Shown one piece after another: positions 7,418 through 16,448 of a stretch of 50,512 bases of DNA. How positions within the stretch are numbered: position 1 is the first letter of the stretch; each line of letters starts with the position of its first letter. Source of the DNA: a virus (lineage: Duplodnaviria > Caudoviricetes); the IMG/VR virus record IMGVR_UViG_3300038365_000119, positions 1-50,512 of that record. The stretch is one strand, 5' to 3'. The notes beneath the pieces were generated by a model. It saw only the letters and a program-made list of their open reading frames with translations, had not been told where the DNA came from and did not search any database. The translations under genes and the position numbers were made by a program.

Positions 7418-8521
7418 TCAGCCTACAACCCGGCAAGCAGATTCAGGCACCCAGCCGATCTGCCCCAAGAGAACGCCGCACTTCCGGCCCGCAATGTACC
7501 GGGTGACGGTGTACGTCCCGTTCACGCTCTTTCCGGGACCCTCGCCGTAGCTGTCGGAATACAGCGTGCCGGAATACTTCACGGTCGCTCCGACGCGCAT
7601 TTTCGGAGCGGGGGCGGGTACGGGGGTCGCGGCACTGTACGGGCCGCGAATGTCGCCGTCATTGACGAAACAAAGCCCATTGTCCAGCAAATAGGGATTG
7701 TGCCGCCCCGGATACGTCTTTGTGATTGTGCCGTGGTTGCGCAACATTTTACTTTCCGGAATCGCTTTTTCGGTTCCGTCCGTGCTGGAGGCGTAACAGG
7801 TCGAAAAAACGACGTGTTCGCCGACGCTGTGCGCAAGCGCGGGAGCCGGAGCCGCCGGGGCCGGTGTGGGAGTGGGAGCCGGGGCGCTTGCCTGTCCTTT
7901 CTTGTTGTTCAGACCGGCGTTTTTGATAAGGGCCGCGTAATCCTTGTACGCAATGTCCATGTCAACGCGCCCGCCGATACCCGCAACGGATCCGTCGGAA
8001 GTGTACTGCCACATTCCGAAATCCCCGCCGTAAGTCGGTTTGTCGGTCCACTGTGCAAGCCAGATGTCAAACCGCTTTACCCGGTCAACGTCAATGCGGT
8101 TTTTCAGCCAGTCAAGGTTCGTGTATACCGACACGTAATAACCGGCCTTTTCGACGGTATCGCAAAACGCAACGATGATGTCCGTTATGCGGTCGCGCCC
8201 AAGATCGCGCTGGCTCTTGTCCTCGATGTCGAACGCCACCGGGAAGTCGAACGAATATCCCTTGATGATGTCAAGAAAGAACGCGGCTTCCTGCTTCGCC
8301 TCTTCGACGGTGGTGGCGTAGCTGTAATGATACGCGCCGCAAAGAATCCCTGCGGCTTTCGCGCCGGTCATGTTCGCGTGGAACTGTGCGTCCGTCTGCT
8401 TTGCCTTGTTTTCCTTGCCAAAGCTGGACCGAATCATAGCAAACTCAATTCCTGCGGCTTTTACCTTGTTCCAGTCGATCACGCCTTGCCATTTCGAAAC
8501 GTCAATGCCTTTTCTGCTCAT
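7418..8521 (-). CDS. Endolysin: GH25 muramidase with C-terminal cell-wall-binding domains
   Basis: KGIDVSKWQG, GAYHYSYA, PVAFDIED, MWQYTSDGSVAGIGGRVDMD; Pro/Ala linker. Confidence 0.9.
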   Translation of the reverse strand: MSRKGIDVSKWQGVIDWNKVKAAGIEFAMIRSSFGKENKAKQTDAQFHANMTGAKAAGILCGAYHYSYATTVEEAKQEAAFFLDIIKGYSFDFPVAFDIEDKSQRDLGRDRITDIIVAFCDTVEKAGYYVSVYTNLDWLKNRIDVDRVKRFDIWLAQWTDKPTYGGDFGMWQYTSDGSVAGIGGRVDMDIAYKDYAALIKNAGLNNKKGQASAPAPTPTPAPAAPAPALAHSVGEHVVFSTCYASSTDGTEKAIPESKMLRNHGTITKTYPGRHNPYLLDNGLCFVNDGDIRGPYSAATPVPAPAPKMRVGATVKYSGTLYSDSYGEGPGKSVNGTYTVTRYIAGRKCGVLLGQIGWVPESACRVVG

Positions 8522-8633
8522 TGTTTTTTTACCTCCATAAAATAAAATGTGTTGAAAAATGACCCTTTTCGGGTCCGCGGTAAGGGGTCGAAAAATCAGA
8601 TCATACCACCACCCCCTTGAAGCGGCGCGCGGC

Positions 8634-8951
8634 TCATTTTTGGGCCGCGGCGCTCTCCATCCTGTCAATCCGTTTGTGTGCCTGTTTTGCGGATTCTTCC
8701 ACGCTTGTCAGCCGGGCAATAACTTCAATGTGCTGGGCTTCCTGCTTTTCGTCCTGTCGTTCCTGCTTTCGCTTGATGTCGTCGATTCCGGATTTTATGT
8801 ATCCGATTTCGGTTAGGACGGTTCCGTTTTTTGCGCCGTCGCCTTGATCGTCTTTCTTTCGGTTCCGGTTAAAAGCCGCATACCCGAATACAATGGCGCA
8901 CACGGTACTGATACCCCCAAGAACGGCGATTACAGCGTTTAACTCATTCAA
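8634..8951 (-). CDS. Lysis-module membrane/coiled-coil protein (holin or XhlA-like)
   Basis: N-terminal TM segment, C-terminal VEESAKQAHKRID; start overlaps the RT stop. Confidence 0.6.
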   Translation of the reverse strand: MNELNAVIAVLGGISTVCAIVFGYAAFNRNRKKDDQGDGAKNGTVLTEIGYIKSGIDDIKRKQERQDEKQEAQHIEVIARLTSVEESAKQAHKRIDRMESAAAQK

Positions 8952-10033
8952 TTTTCCACCTCCGCTTCCCGATAGATTCGGTTCAGCTTTTGCCGGAACC
9001 CGTAACTGTTGAAGTGTTTCAGCATTCCCCGATAGGAAGCGATACTTCGATCAAAAGTTTCCCGCGAAATCTCGCCGCTTTTAAGCGCCGACGAAAGGAA
9101 TTTGACGCGGCTTTGAATCTTCTGCGCGGTTTTCTTCTTTAGCTTCCGGTGCGTCGCCCATATCCGGTAGCCGACAAAATCAATTCCCATACTGCACGGC
9201 CTGATTGCGGTTTTCCTGTTCAGGTTCAGCCGCAATTTGTCGTTCATGAAAGCTTCGATCTCTTGCTTTACCTGTGCAAGAAAACGCTTGTCCGGGTGAA
9301 GAATGATAATGTCGTCCATGTACCGGACGTAATAGTGAAGCCGTAGAACGTGCTTCGCGTATTGGTCCACTTCGTTCAAATAAAGGTTTGCGAACATTTG
9401 CGACGTGAGATTGCCTATCGGCATTCCCACGTCGTCCAGCCATTCGTCCGGCCCGATTGCGTCGGGGTCGCACCCCAGCGGCAAGCCGAATTTCGTATCT
9501 TCGCATTGAATGATCGTCGTAAGCAGATCGATTAGTGTTTTGTCCTTGATTTTCCGGTTTAGAATCTCAATCAGCACTTCATGATCTACCCGGTAGAAAT
9601 ATTTCGAAACGTCCAGTTTCAGGTAATAATACCGTTCCGGCTTCCGCTCCGTTTGCCGTAACCAATACTGCAAGCGGTTTGCGGCCCGGTGCGAGCCTTT
9701 CCCTTTCCTGCAAGCGTAGGAATCGAAAATGAACTGCTTTTCAATGAGCGGGAAAAGCTGCCGGTATATCGCCCATTGAACCACGCGGTCACGGAACGGC
9801 AACGCCATGACAAGCCGCTTTTTCGGCTCGAACACGTAAAACGGGCGGTACTTGCCCGCCCGATAAGTCCCGTATATGAAATGGTTCTGAATATCTATCA
9901 GGTTCGATTCAAGGTTTCTGGAAAATCTCATGACCTCTTCGCGGTATCGCTTGCCTTTCCGCGCGGATTCCCAAGCCTGATAAATGTTTTCAAAATCATA
10001 AATTTTAGGGAATAGGCCCTTGATCGTTTCCGT
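8948..10033 (-). CDS. DGR reverse transcriptase (~361 aa, apparent ACG start)
   Basis: PFRDRVVQ, YLKLDVSKYF, GMPIGNLTSQMFANLYL, YVRYMDD, GIDFVGY; frame stays open 34 codons upstream of the ORF-track ATG to an ACG after AGGAGG; next to TR and avd. Confidence 0.93.
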   Translation of the reverse strand, partial: TETIKGLFPKIYDFENIYQAWESARKGKRYREEVMRFSRNLESNLIDIQNHFIYGTYRAGKYRPFYVFEPKKRLVMALPFRDRVVQWAIYRQLFPLIEKQFIFDSYACRKGKGSHRAANRLQYWLRQTERKPERYYYLKLDVSKYFYRVDHEVLIEILNRKIKDKTLIDLLTTIIQCEDTKFGLPLGCDPDAIGPDEWLDDVGMPIGNLTSQMFANLYLNEVDQYAKHVLRLHYYVRYMDDIIILHPDKRFLAQVKQEIEAFMNDKLRLNLNRKTAIRPCSMGIDFVGYRIWATHRKLKKKTAQKIQSRVKFLSSALKSGEISRETFDRSIASYRGMLKHFNSYGFRQKLNRIYREAEVEN

Positions 10034-10237
10034 TTTGCGTTCCCTCCTTTATGCCCACCGCCATCCCCACTGTCCCCTCCGTACTCGCCGGACGTGGCAC
10101 GACTTCGCCGAATGGTTACTGAATGCTTTCCCGGCAATTCAATCTTTTTTCCGCTGGTCGCGGAAAGGGAAGTGAACCCCTTTACACCCTCGCGCTGGAC
10201 GAAACGCCGTGGCGGGTCGCCTACTGGCAAAGAGTAG

Positions 10238-10353
10238 AGCGGCGCGGAAGCCGATGTTGTGATTCACGTTCGAGCGCGGATTGTTCAAGTTCAGGGCACC
10301 CACGCCCGCGTTGGACGCATTGTTCCAGTTCGCCCCGCGATACGGCAACCGCT
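10238..10353 (-). ncRNA. DGR template repeat (TR), 116 bp
   Basis: Lies between avd and RT; ten AAC/AAT codons; differs from both VRs only at adenines. Confidence 0.95.
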
Positions 10354-10386
10354 AAAAACTATACGGCTCACTCCCCGCGAAAGCCG

Positions 10387-10740
10387 CTATTTAACGGTTT
10401 TCATATACCCGCCGATCATGCGCCCGATTTCGTCCAGACACCGCGCCCAAAACTCATATTTTTTGAACGGTAAGCAGGGCGCTTGATTCGGGTATAGCCT
10501 TTTGTCTGCCGCCATCCGTATAAGGTGCCGTAAAACGTCAAGTTCAATGTCCAATTCCTGCAACGTCGTTTTCTTGTAATATTTCTTTTCGATTGCAACG
10601 GCAAGTTCGAACATTCGGTACATGGATTCCCGGATTTTGCTGGCCAGCACGTATTTTTCGGATTTCGGAAACTGAATCAGGGCTGGGCTTCCGTAAAGAA
10701 TCATGTCGTAAATCTTTTCCTTGATCTTGAATTCTTCCAT
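10387..10740 (-). CDS. avd: DGR accessory variability determinant (four-helix bundle)
   Basis: QFPKSEKYVLASKIR...KKTTLQELDIELDVLRHLIR...EIGRMIGG; sits between the target gene and TR. Confidence 0.9.
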   Translation of the reverse strand: MEEFKIKEKIYDMILYGSPALIQFPKSEKYVLASKIRESMYRMFELAVAIEKKYYKKTTLQELDIELDVLRHLIRMAADKRLYPNQAPCLPFKKYEFWARCLDEIGRMIGGYMKTVK

Positions 10741-10761
10741 GCCATACCCTTTCAAGCATAA

Positions 10762-10781
10762 GGGCGGGCTTTCGCCCGCCC
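10762..10781 (-). promoter_or_regulatory. DGR target-recognition hairpin after VR1
   Basis: Minus strand gggcgggc-GAAA-gcccgccc just after the target stop; matching hairpin after VR2. Confidence 0.75.
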
Positions 10782-10797
10782 GTCAGTTATTCGGTTT

Positions 10798-11877
10798 TCA
10801 GTTCCCAGCGGTTCCATAAAAAGCGGCGCGGAAGCCGATGTTGCGAAACACGTGCGAGCGCGGAGCGCTCAAGTTCAGGGCACCCACGCCCGCGTAGGAC
10901 GCATAGTACCAGCTCGCCCCGCGATACGGCAACCGCTCCGCTTCGTGGTTTCTAAGCCAAAAGTGATTCCCTGCGCTTGTAAATCCGGAATCGGGATAAA
11001 GCCCCAGCCCTTTCAGCAGTTGCGGAACATTCACGCCGTCGGCGGCGGAAATGTTTTTCAGATCGTCGTTTCTGTCGCCCTCTCCGCTTGACGGGAATTC
11101 AACCGCCGTGTTCAGCCTGATTCCTCCGCTCGCGCTTTTCCCGTCAAATTTTAGGGTTCCCGCGGTCCCCGGCGCGACAAGCGAACCGTCCGGCATGATC
11201 GCTTTCCATTCCGTGCTGTCCGCTCCCATGTTGCAATCCGCTTTCATGGCGTTGCCGTATGGGATAATCTGAATTTCACCGGTCACAAGGCGCAACCCGG
11301 AAACCCATTCCCACACATTCCCGCAAAGGTCCGCGATGCCCGAACTGTCGTAATTGTGATACCACGTAACCGGTCCGCTCCCCGTCGCGGTTCTGCCGTT
11401 GTAGGTGTTGCCGCCGTCTGTGTACGTGTAGGAAACAACGCCCTTTTCAAAAGCGTTGTTGTAGTCCTTTCCGTAATTGGTATTCCCGTGCGGCTCCGTC
11501 TTGTTTTTATAGCACCAGTTCATAAGCGCCCCCCAAAGGGCGTTCGTTTGCAGGTGCCACCCCGCCCCTTTGTTCCGGCAGACCTGCAAGGCGGTATCAA
11601 AGTCAATGCTCGCGCGGGGGTCCTTGAACGGCAGGGAATAGGCCCGGTCGCTCACGACGATGTTTTGATATTTGCTTTCGTAGATCACCGGGATTTCCAC
11701 GCCGTCAACAAGGAACGCCGGAAGCGTGTCCTGCGTCCCGCCCGTGATAACGTCGGCGTATTTCTGGACCGGGATGGCCACCATGATCGACGGCATTCCC
11801 AAGTCGTCCAGAATCACGGTGTTTTTCCCGCCGCTCAACGATTCGACGGCAAGTTTCAGGTCATCAAAATTTGTCAT
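10798..11877 (-). CDS. DGR target protein 1 (FGE-sulfatase/C-type lectin fold), probable receptor-binding protein
   Basis: DLCGNVWEW and C-terminal RGASW...IGFRAA; contains VR1; at the end of the tail module. Confidence 0.88.
   Translation of the reverse strand: MTNFDDLKLAVESLSGGKNTVILDDLGMPSIMVAIPVQKYADVITGGTQDTLPAFLVDGVEIPVIYESKYQNIVVSDRAYSLPFKDPRASIDFDTALQVCRNKGAGWHLQTNALWGALMNWCYKNKTEPHGNTNYGKDYNNAFEKGVVSYTYTDGGNTYNGRTATGSGPVTWYHNYDSSGIADLCGNVWEWVSGLRLVTGEIQIIPYGNAMKADCNMGADSTEWKAIMPDGSLVAPGTAGTLKFDGKSASGGIRLNTAVEFPSSGEGDRNDDLKNISAADGVNVPQLLKGLGLYPDSGFTSAGNHFWLRNHEAERLPYRGASWYYASYAGVGALNLSAPRSHVFRNIGFRAAFYGTAGN
10822..10937 (-). repeat. DGR variable repeat VR1
   Basis: 116-bp match to TR with 11 substitutions, all at TR adenines. 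Confidence 0.95.
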
Positions 11878-11896
11878 TGTTCTTTACCTCCATAAA

Positions 11897-12271
11897 TTAG
11901 ACCAACGCCCAAAGCGTCAGCGTTACATTGTCCATGCTGAACGGGACCGGCTCGCGCTTGATGTTCGGCGTGTGTTCCATGCCGCCGTTCTCTCCGCTTT
12001 CTCCGCCGTCCTCGCCGCCGCTCTCCGGCTCTTCCACCGTTTCCGTGTACTCGCGCGCCGGAATGTCGATCTGTGCCACATAAGCTTCCGCAATGCCCGG
12101 AATCACGCCTGAAACAAGGTTCCCGTATTTATCCCGGCACACGTCAAGGTGGTTTGCGTCGTCCCGTTCATAGCGTTCAAGGTTGAACATCAGTTCATCG
12201 TTCAGGGCAAGCTTGTTCCCGCTCTCGGTGTAGGGGATTTTTTCACCGCTGTTTTTCTCAATGACGATCAT
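11897..12271 (-). CDS. Tail-region hypothetical protein
   Basis: 124-aa ORF in the late operon. Confidence 0.65.
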   Translation of the reverse strand: MIVIEKNSGEKIPYTESGNKLALNDELMFNLERYERDDANHLDVCRDKYGNLVSGVIPGIAEAYVAQIDIPAREYTETVEEPESGGEDGGESGENGGMEHTPNIKREPVPFSMDNVTLTLWALV

Positions 12272-12443
12272 TTTTCTTTCCCTCCATTTTTTTCATGGTT
12301 TCCATAGCCTCCCGTGACCGGGCCGCTATGCACTCCGCCGCTTCGCGGTCGGCGGCTGTCACTTTCGCACCGCCGCGGAAGCTTTCAAGCACATAAGTTT
12401 CATGCCGGCGGCGCTCTTCCGACTTCAATAAAATATTTGCCAT
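12258..12443 (-). CDS. Small hypothetical protein
   Basis: 61-aa ORF overlapping both neighbours. Confidence 0.55.
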   Translation of the reverse strand: MANILLKSEERRRHETYVLESFRGGAKVTAADREAAECIAARSREAMETMKKMEGKKNDRH

Positions 12444-12940
12444 CAGTAGACCCCTCCTGTGACGACGTACTTCACGTTTACGGATTTTGCGCCGCCCGTG
12501 AATCTGATTTTGAATCCGTTCACCTGCTTGTCGGAAACGATCACATGACCGATTCCGCCGCTGTCTGCTCCCGTCGCGTCAACCGACACGTCGTAATCGG
12601 TTGTATCGCGCTTCGCCGCAAGCGAAACGGTCTTTACGGAATCGTTGAACGGGTATGCCATCGTGTTCGTAAGCATCACCGCGCCGACTTCGCCGTTCAG
12701 CTTTTTCAGGTTTTGGGCGTGGTGCAAAAGCAAGCGCATTGCGTCCGCTCCGAACTCGTTCCCGGCAAAAATCCCCTCTTCAATGTTGTTGAATTTCGTC
12801 TGATTCTGCGGGGTGCCCTGTTGGATAACTTCGCCCTCAACCGGGGTGTGGGTGATCGTCCCGTCGGTGTTCTGAACCTCTTTGAACCGATCTTCGAATT
12901 CGGTTACATGGTCCTGCCAAAATGTCCGCTGGTAAGCCAT
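12443..12940 (-). CDS. Tail fibre/baseplate-associated protein
   Basis: AYQRTFWQDHV...QQGTPQNQTKFNNIEEGI resembles a tail-fibre N-terminus. Confidence 0.6.
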   Translation of the reverse strand: MAYQRTFWQDHVTEFEDRFKEVQNTDGTITHTPVEGEVIQQGTPQNQTKFNNIEEGIFAGNEFGADAMRLLLHHAQNLKKLNGEVGAVMLTNTMAYPFNDSVKTVSLAAKRDTTDYDVSVDATGADSGGIGHVIVSDKQVNGFKIRFTGGAKSVNVKYVVTGGVY

Positions 12941-12943
12941 CTG

Positions 12944-13261
12944 TTATACCTCCTGTTCATCTTCGCGCAAATCGAACGTGAAACGGTATAAAACGCCCTC
13001 TTGTACGCTTTCGATCAAGATATTTTCCGTCTTTTCCGCCCAAACAGCGTTGTTTGTGTTGAAAAGCTGAACGCCGCTGATCGTGACAGTCTGCCCGGCT
13101 TCCGGGATAATCGAAAAATACACGGCAATTTTCCCGTCTGCCAGCCGTTCTCTCCGGCTGATCGGAACTTTGTGCCATGTATCGCCGATCTTGTATTTTG
13201 CGTATGCAATTTCGCGGTCTGTGTACTGCTTGTAGCCCTCTATTGCCTCCGGTGAAAGCAT
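12944..13261 (-). CDS. Tail-region hypothetical protein
   Basis: 105-aa ORF in the operon. Confidence 0.6.
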   Translation of the reverse strand: MLSPEAIEGYKQYTDREIAYAKYKIGDTWHKVPISRRERLADGKIAVYFSIIPEAGQTVTISGVQLFNTNNAVWAEKTENILIESVQEGVLYRFTFDLREDEQEV

Positions 13262-13279
13262 AATATCAGTCCCCTTTCT

Positions 13280-14287
13280 CTAAGATTTACAGCGGGAAGT
13301 TCCGCACCGTTTCGATTTATATATGAATCCCTCCGCTGTTGCCTCCGATATGAAAGCCCCCGTTTCGCGGCCCGGAACGGTCGATCTGCCCGGCTTCGTG
13401 CCCGCCGCCGGGGTGCGGTATCCGTATTCGGCGCTTTCCGCCTCAACCTCCAGCCCGCCGCGCGCGAATCCGGCCCGCGTGTTTCTTTCCGTTTCGGTTC
13501 CCGCTGTGATTCGCCCGGTCATTCCGGACGTATAGGGGAAGCCGCGGGCTTTCGCCTCGATCTGAACCGCTCGTTTTTCCAAAGCGGCGATTGTCGATCT
13601 GTACGGTTTCGTTCCCGCCGCCGGGGTGCGGTATCCGTATTCGGCGCTTTCTGCCTCAACCTCCAGCCCGCCGTGGGCGATTCCGGCCCGTGTGCTTCTT
13701 TTTGGCTGGGTGCCGCTCCGGATTCTCCCGGTCATGCCGCTTTTGTAGCCGAAACGGTCCGAATCCGTTCCAACTACCAGCCCGATCTGGCATTGATAAA
13801 TCAGGCTTTCCATGTGCGCCGTAAGGCGTTTATACATGTCGATGGCCTTTTTTACAGCAAAATATCCAGCCGGGGCGCGTGAATGCGTTGTATCAAGCAC
13901 GACGCGAAAATAGAAAGGCTCCCCGGCGTATTCGAACCACTCTTCAATGGAACTGTTCGGGTGAATGTTCCCCAGCGCGGTTTCAACGGCATACTTTGTC
14001 CCCAGCCGCTTCTGCACCTTTACGCTGTCCTTGATGATCGCGCGCTTTGCTTCAATCGGGTACGTGTAGTCGTACCAATCCACATGCAGGTCATACGAAA
14101 GAATGTCAAGAACATTTTCCGGCAGTTCGTCGATGCGGGCATAGATGACGTTCTTTTTTATCTCCATCGCCGTAACGTGAAGCTGTTTGGCAATGGAATT
14201 CGCCAGCGCAATCATCTTTTCGTCGGATTTCAGCGACGGGGGAAGCGAACGGGTAAAGTCGATTGAATACAGATCATTCATCTTCAA
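13280..14287 (-). CDS. Tail protein I (P2 gpI-like baseplate wedge) with C-terminal repeats
   Basis: YARIDELPENVLDILSYDLHVDWYD...LGTKYAVETAL...EEWFEY; follows baseplate J. Confidence 0.8.
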   Translation of the reverse strand: MKMNDLYSIDFTRSLPPSLKSDEKMIALANSIAKQLHVTAMEIKKNVIYARIDELPENVLDILSYDLHVDWYDYTYPIEAKRAIIKDSVKVQKRLGTKYAVETALGNIHPNSSIEEWFEYAGEPFYFRVVLDTTHSRAPAGYFAVKKAIDMYKRLTAHMESLIYQCQIGLVVGTDSDRFGYKSGMTGRIRSGTQPKRSTRAGIAHGGLEVEAESAEYGYRTPAAGTKPYRSTIAALEKRAVQIEAKARGFPYTSGMTGRITAGTETERNTRAGFARGGLEVEAESAEYGYRTPAAGTKPGRSTVPGRETGAFISEATAEGFIYKSKRCGTSRCKS

Positions 14288-15401
14288 CCCCTCCGTTTAC
14301 AATGTTCGTCCCCGTTATCACCGCAACGGAATTTTCGGGAACCGCCAGATACAGCGGATTCCTGATCTCTACCCGTTTCGCTCCCGTCTGCATAAGCAAG
14401 GAAATTAAATAGGACGGGTTAATATCCCGTCCCATTTTTGCGGATTGCCATTCCTTGTATGTTTCGACGGCCTGTTGCACGGCGCTTTCGACGACGCTTG
14501 CGCTTGCCGCGCTGGGTTTCGGCACGAAAAACGTTATGTCAACGGTCGTTTCTATCGTTTCCGGAGCGGATACAATGACTTGATCGGTCATCGGTCTAAC
14601 CTTGTCGTCGGTCAAAACCGCTTTGACCTTGTTTATCACCTCTTCCCCCGGAAGCCCCCCTCCTTTCAGCAGGATACGAATATCCGCAACGCCCGGCGCT
14701 GTGGAAGTTGCTTTCGCGTCAACAATCAGCGCGGAAGCCGACTTCGCGTAATATTCATACGCGCCCAGCGGCCCCGCCGTAGAGAACGTTTCCATGCTTT
14801 CGCGCATTCGGTCGTAAAAGGCTTCGTCGCTTTCTTCCTCCGCGCCGCCGCCGCTCTCCGTTGTGTTTTCGACGCTCTCATAGTAGGGGAAAATGTCAAT
14901 AAGCTGGCTGATCTGCCCCGGAACAAAGCCGTTTCCGGTTTCTCCGGTTTCCGTGCATTCCGCGGCAACCTCTCCGCTCACGCTCCCCGCCGGAATCGTC
15001 AGCGCGGCGGTCGTCTGAAAAATGATTTCGCCGTCAACCGTCGTGCGCGTCCCTGCCGGAATGGTAGTCGAACCCGTCAGCGGCATTGAAAGGGTGAACT
15101 TCAACGTCGTTTTCGCCTTTTCCGGCTCCATGCGGTACGCGTCTTTGAAGATTTCCGCCAGCGAATCAAGGTATTCTCCCTCCGCATATCGCGGTAAATT
15201 CTGTTTTGCTGAAAAATCAATGTTCACCCGCTCTTGAATGATGATGTCCGCTATCCATAGAATAAAGAGCCGCACCGGGTCCGCTGGATACAGCGTCCGC
15301 CCTGTGAACATTTCGTAAGATGCAATCAGATCATTCACAAGCGTTTTCGTGTCCGTATCCACAAATTCAATTTCCGGGTATCCTCTTACGCTATTCGCCA
15401 T
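14274..15401 (-). CDS. Baseplate J-like protein
   Basis: YAEGEYLDSLA, GGAEEESDEAFYDR, STAGPLGAYEYYA, VRPMTDQV. Confidence 0.88.
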   Translation of the reverse strand: MANSVRGYPEIEFVDTDTKTLVNDLIASYEMFTGRTLYPADPVRLFILWIADIIIQERVNIDFSAKQNLPRYAEGEYLDSLAEIFKDAYRMEPEKAKTTLKFTLSMPLTGSTTIPAGTRTTVDGEIIFQTTAALTIPAGSVSGEVAAECTETGETGNGFVPGQISQLIDIFPYYESVENTTESGGGAEEESDEAFYDRMRESMETFSTAGPLGAYEYYAKSASALIVDAKATSTAPGVADIRILLKGGGLPGEEVINKVKAVLTDDKVRPMTDQVIVSAPETIETTVDITFFVPKPSAASASVVESAVQQAVETYKEWQSAKMGRDINPSYLISLLMQTGAKRVEIRNPLYLAVPENSVAVITGTNIVNGGVEDE

Positions 15402-15708
15402 TTATATCCACCTCCACAACCGGAATCAGTTTCCCCGGCGAATCCCCTTGTTCGAAAGTGACCGCAAGGATTTCCGCCCGCGGCTCACTCTTTTCTACCG
15501 CGTCCATAACCTCCGAAACGGCGATTGTCTTTGCTATCTGAACCGGCTTGTCAACAAACCGCTGTGAAAGTCCCAGCCCGCGATCAAGGGGAACGGAGAA
15601 CTGCGGCGTTGAAATAATCATGGCGACGTTCTGCAAAACCTCTTCTTCGGTTGTTTCCGGTGCGAAATTTATATTTTCAAGGCTGAATGCTTTTACCGTG
15701 TATGCCAC
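15391..15708 (-). CDS. Baseplate wedge GpW/gp25-like protein
   Basis: EEVLQNVAMIISTPQFSVPLDRGLG...EPRA; gene order. Confidence 0.75.
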   Translation of the reverse strand: MAYTVKAFSLENINFAPETTEEEVLQNVAMIISTPQFSVPLDRGLGLSQRFVDKPVQIAKTIAVSEVMDAVEKSEPRAEILAVTFEQGDSPGKLIPVVEVDINGE

Positions 15709-15722
15709 CGATTCGTCCCCCT

Positions 15723-16124
15723 TTACCGCTCCGGATAAGCTTGCATTGATACGTCAACCTTTGCCGCCAGCAAGTTCCCGCGGTTGTCGTATCTATTTAG
15801 CTGATTCGAAACTTTCGTGATGACCCATTTGCTTTTTCCGTATGCCTTTGACCCGATCACAAGCCGGTCGATTTTCCCGCTCCTTACGGCATTGACCAGC
15901 TTTGTAATCTCTTTCATGGGGTTTACTCCCAAGAACACGGAAAACATCATCGTGAATGAAATAGCTTCCACGTCCGTTCCGGTGTACTCCAAAAGGGGGT
16001 CTTTCAAATGCCGGTCGTGCGTCGCGTACTTCGCTCCGACTTCCCATGTCAGACCGTCGAATGTTTTCACTTGTTTTCTGGACACGCTGAAAACCGTGTC
16101 GCCCCATGCTCCGATAACCGCCAT
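15723..16124 (-). CDS. P2 GpU-like tail protein
   Basis: IGAWGDTVFSVS...YATHDRHLKDPLLEYTG; gene order. Confidence 0.75.
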   Translation of the reverse strand: MAVIGAWGDTVFSVSRKQVKTFDGLTWEVGAKYATHDRHLKDPLLEYTGTDVEAISFTMMFSVFLGVNPMKEITKLVNAVRSGKIDRLVIGSKAYGKSKWVITKVSNQLNRYDNRGNLLAAKVDVSMQAYPER

Positions 16125-16448
16125 CTATATCCCCCCGATCACGAACCCGTCGCCGTCCCCGTTCGGCAGAAAAACGCAAAGCACCGTTTCGCCCGGCGAC
16201 GGAAGCCACGGGGCGACGGTTACGCCGTGCGTATGACTTTCCGTCTTGCCCTCATGTGTGTGGCCCTCCGCCTCCTGAACGCCGTATGTCAGCGTCGTTT
16301 CTTCCACGGTTACGAACGGCGGGTTTTTAATAACTTTCAGGGGACCCGAAACAAGGTTGTTCCTGTCCTCGAATGTGACGCGGGCCGTTCTGTCGGCGGC
16401 ATTTACGGAAGAAACCTTTCCGATTCTCACAATGTTTTCAATGCCCAT
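16125..16448 (-). CDS. Baseplate spike/GpV-like protein
   Basis: IVRIGKVSSVN..TARVTFED, WLPSPGETVLCVF..DGFVIG, HTH-x-HTH His motif. Confidence 0.7.
   Translation of the reverse strand: MGIENIVRIGKVSSVNAADRTARVTFEDRNNLVSGPLKVIKNPPFVTVEETTLTYGVQEAEGHTHEGKTESHTHGVTVAPWLPSPGETVLCVFLPNGDGDGFVIGGI

Noticed and set aside
7838-7890. Short GC-rich repeats in the endolysin, and Pro/Glu repeats in parB (~34880-35130)
   Set aside because: Low-complexity protein linkers, not DNA-level elements
8948-10033. RT as a group II intron, retron or Abi RT
   Set aside because: Short RT with no maturase or endonuclease extension; the adjacent avd and adenine-specific TR/VR pairs identify a DGR
10139-10348. 69-aa ORF resembling the target C-terminus
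   Set aside because: It is the TR read in the VR frame; no clear RBS, and it is best explained as template RNA
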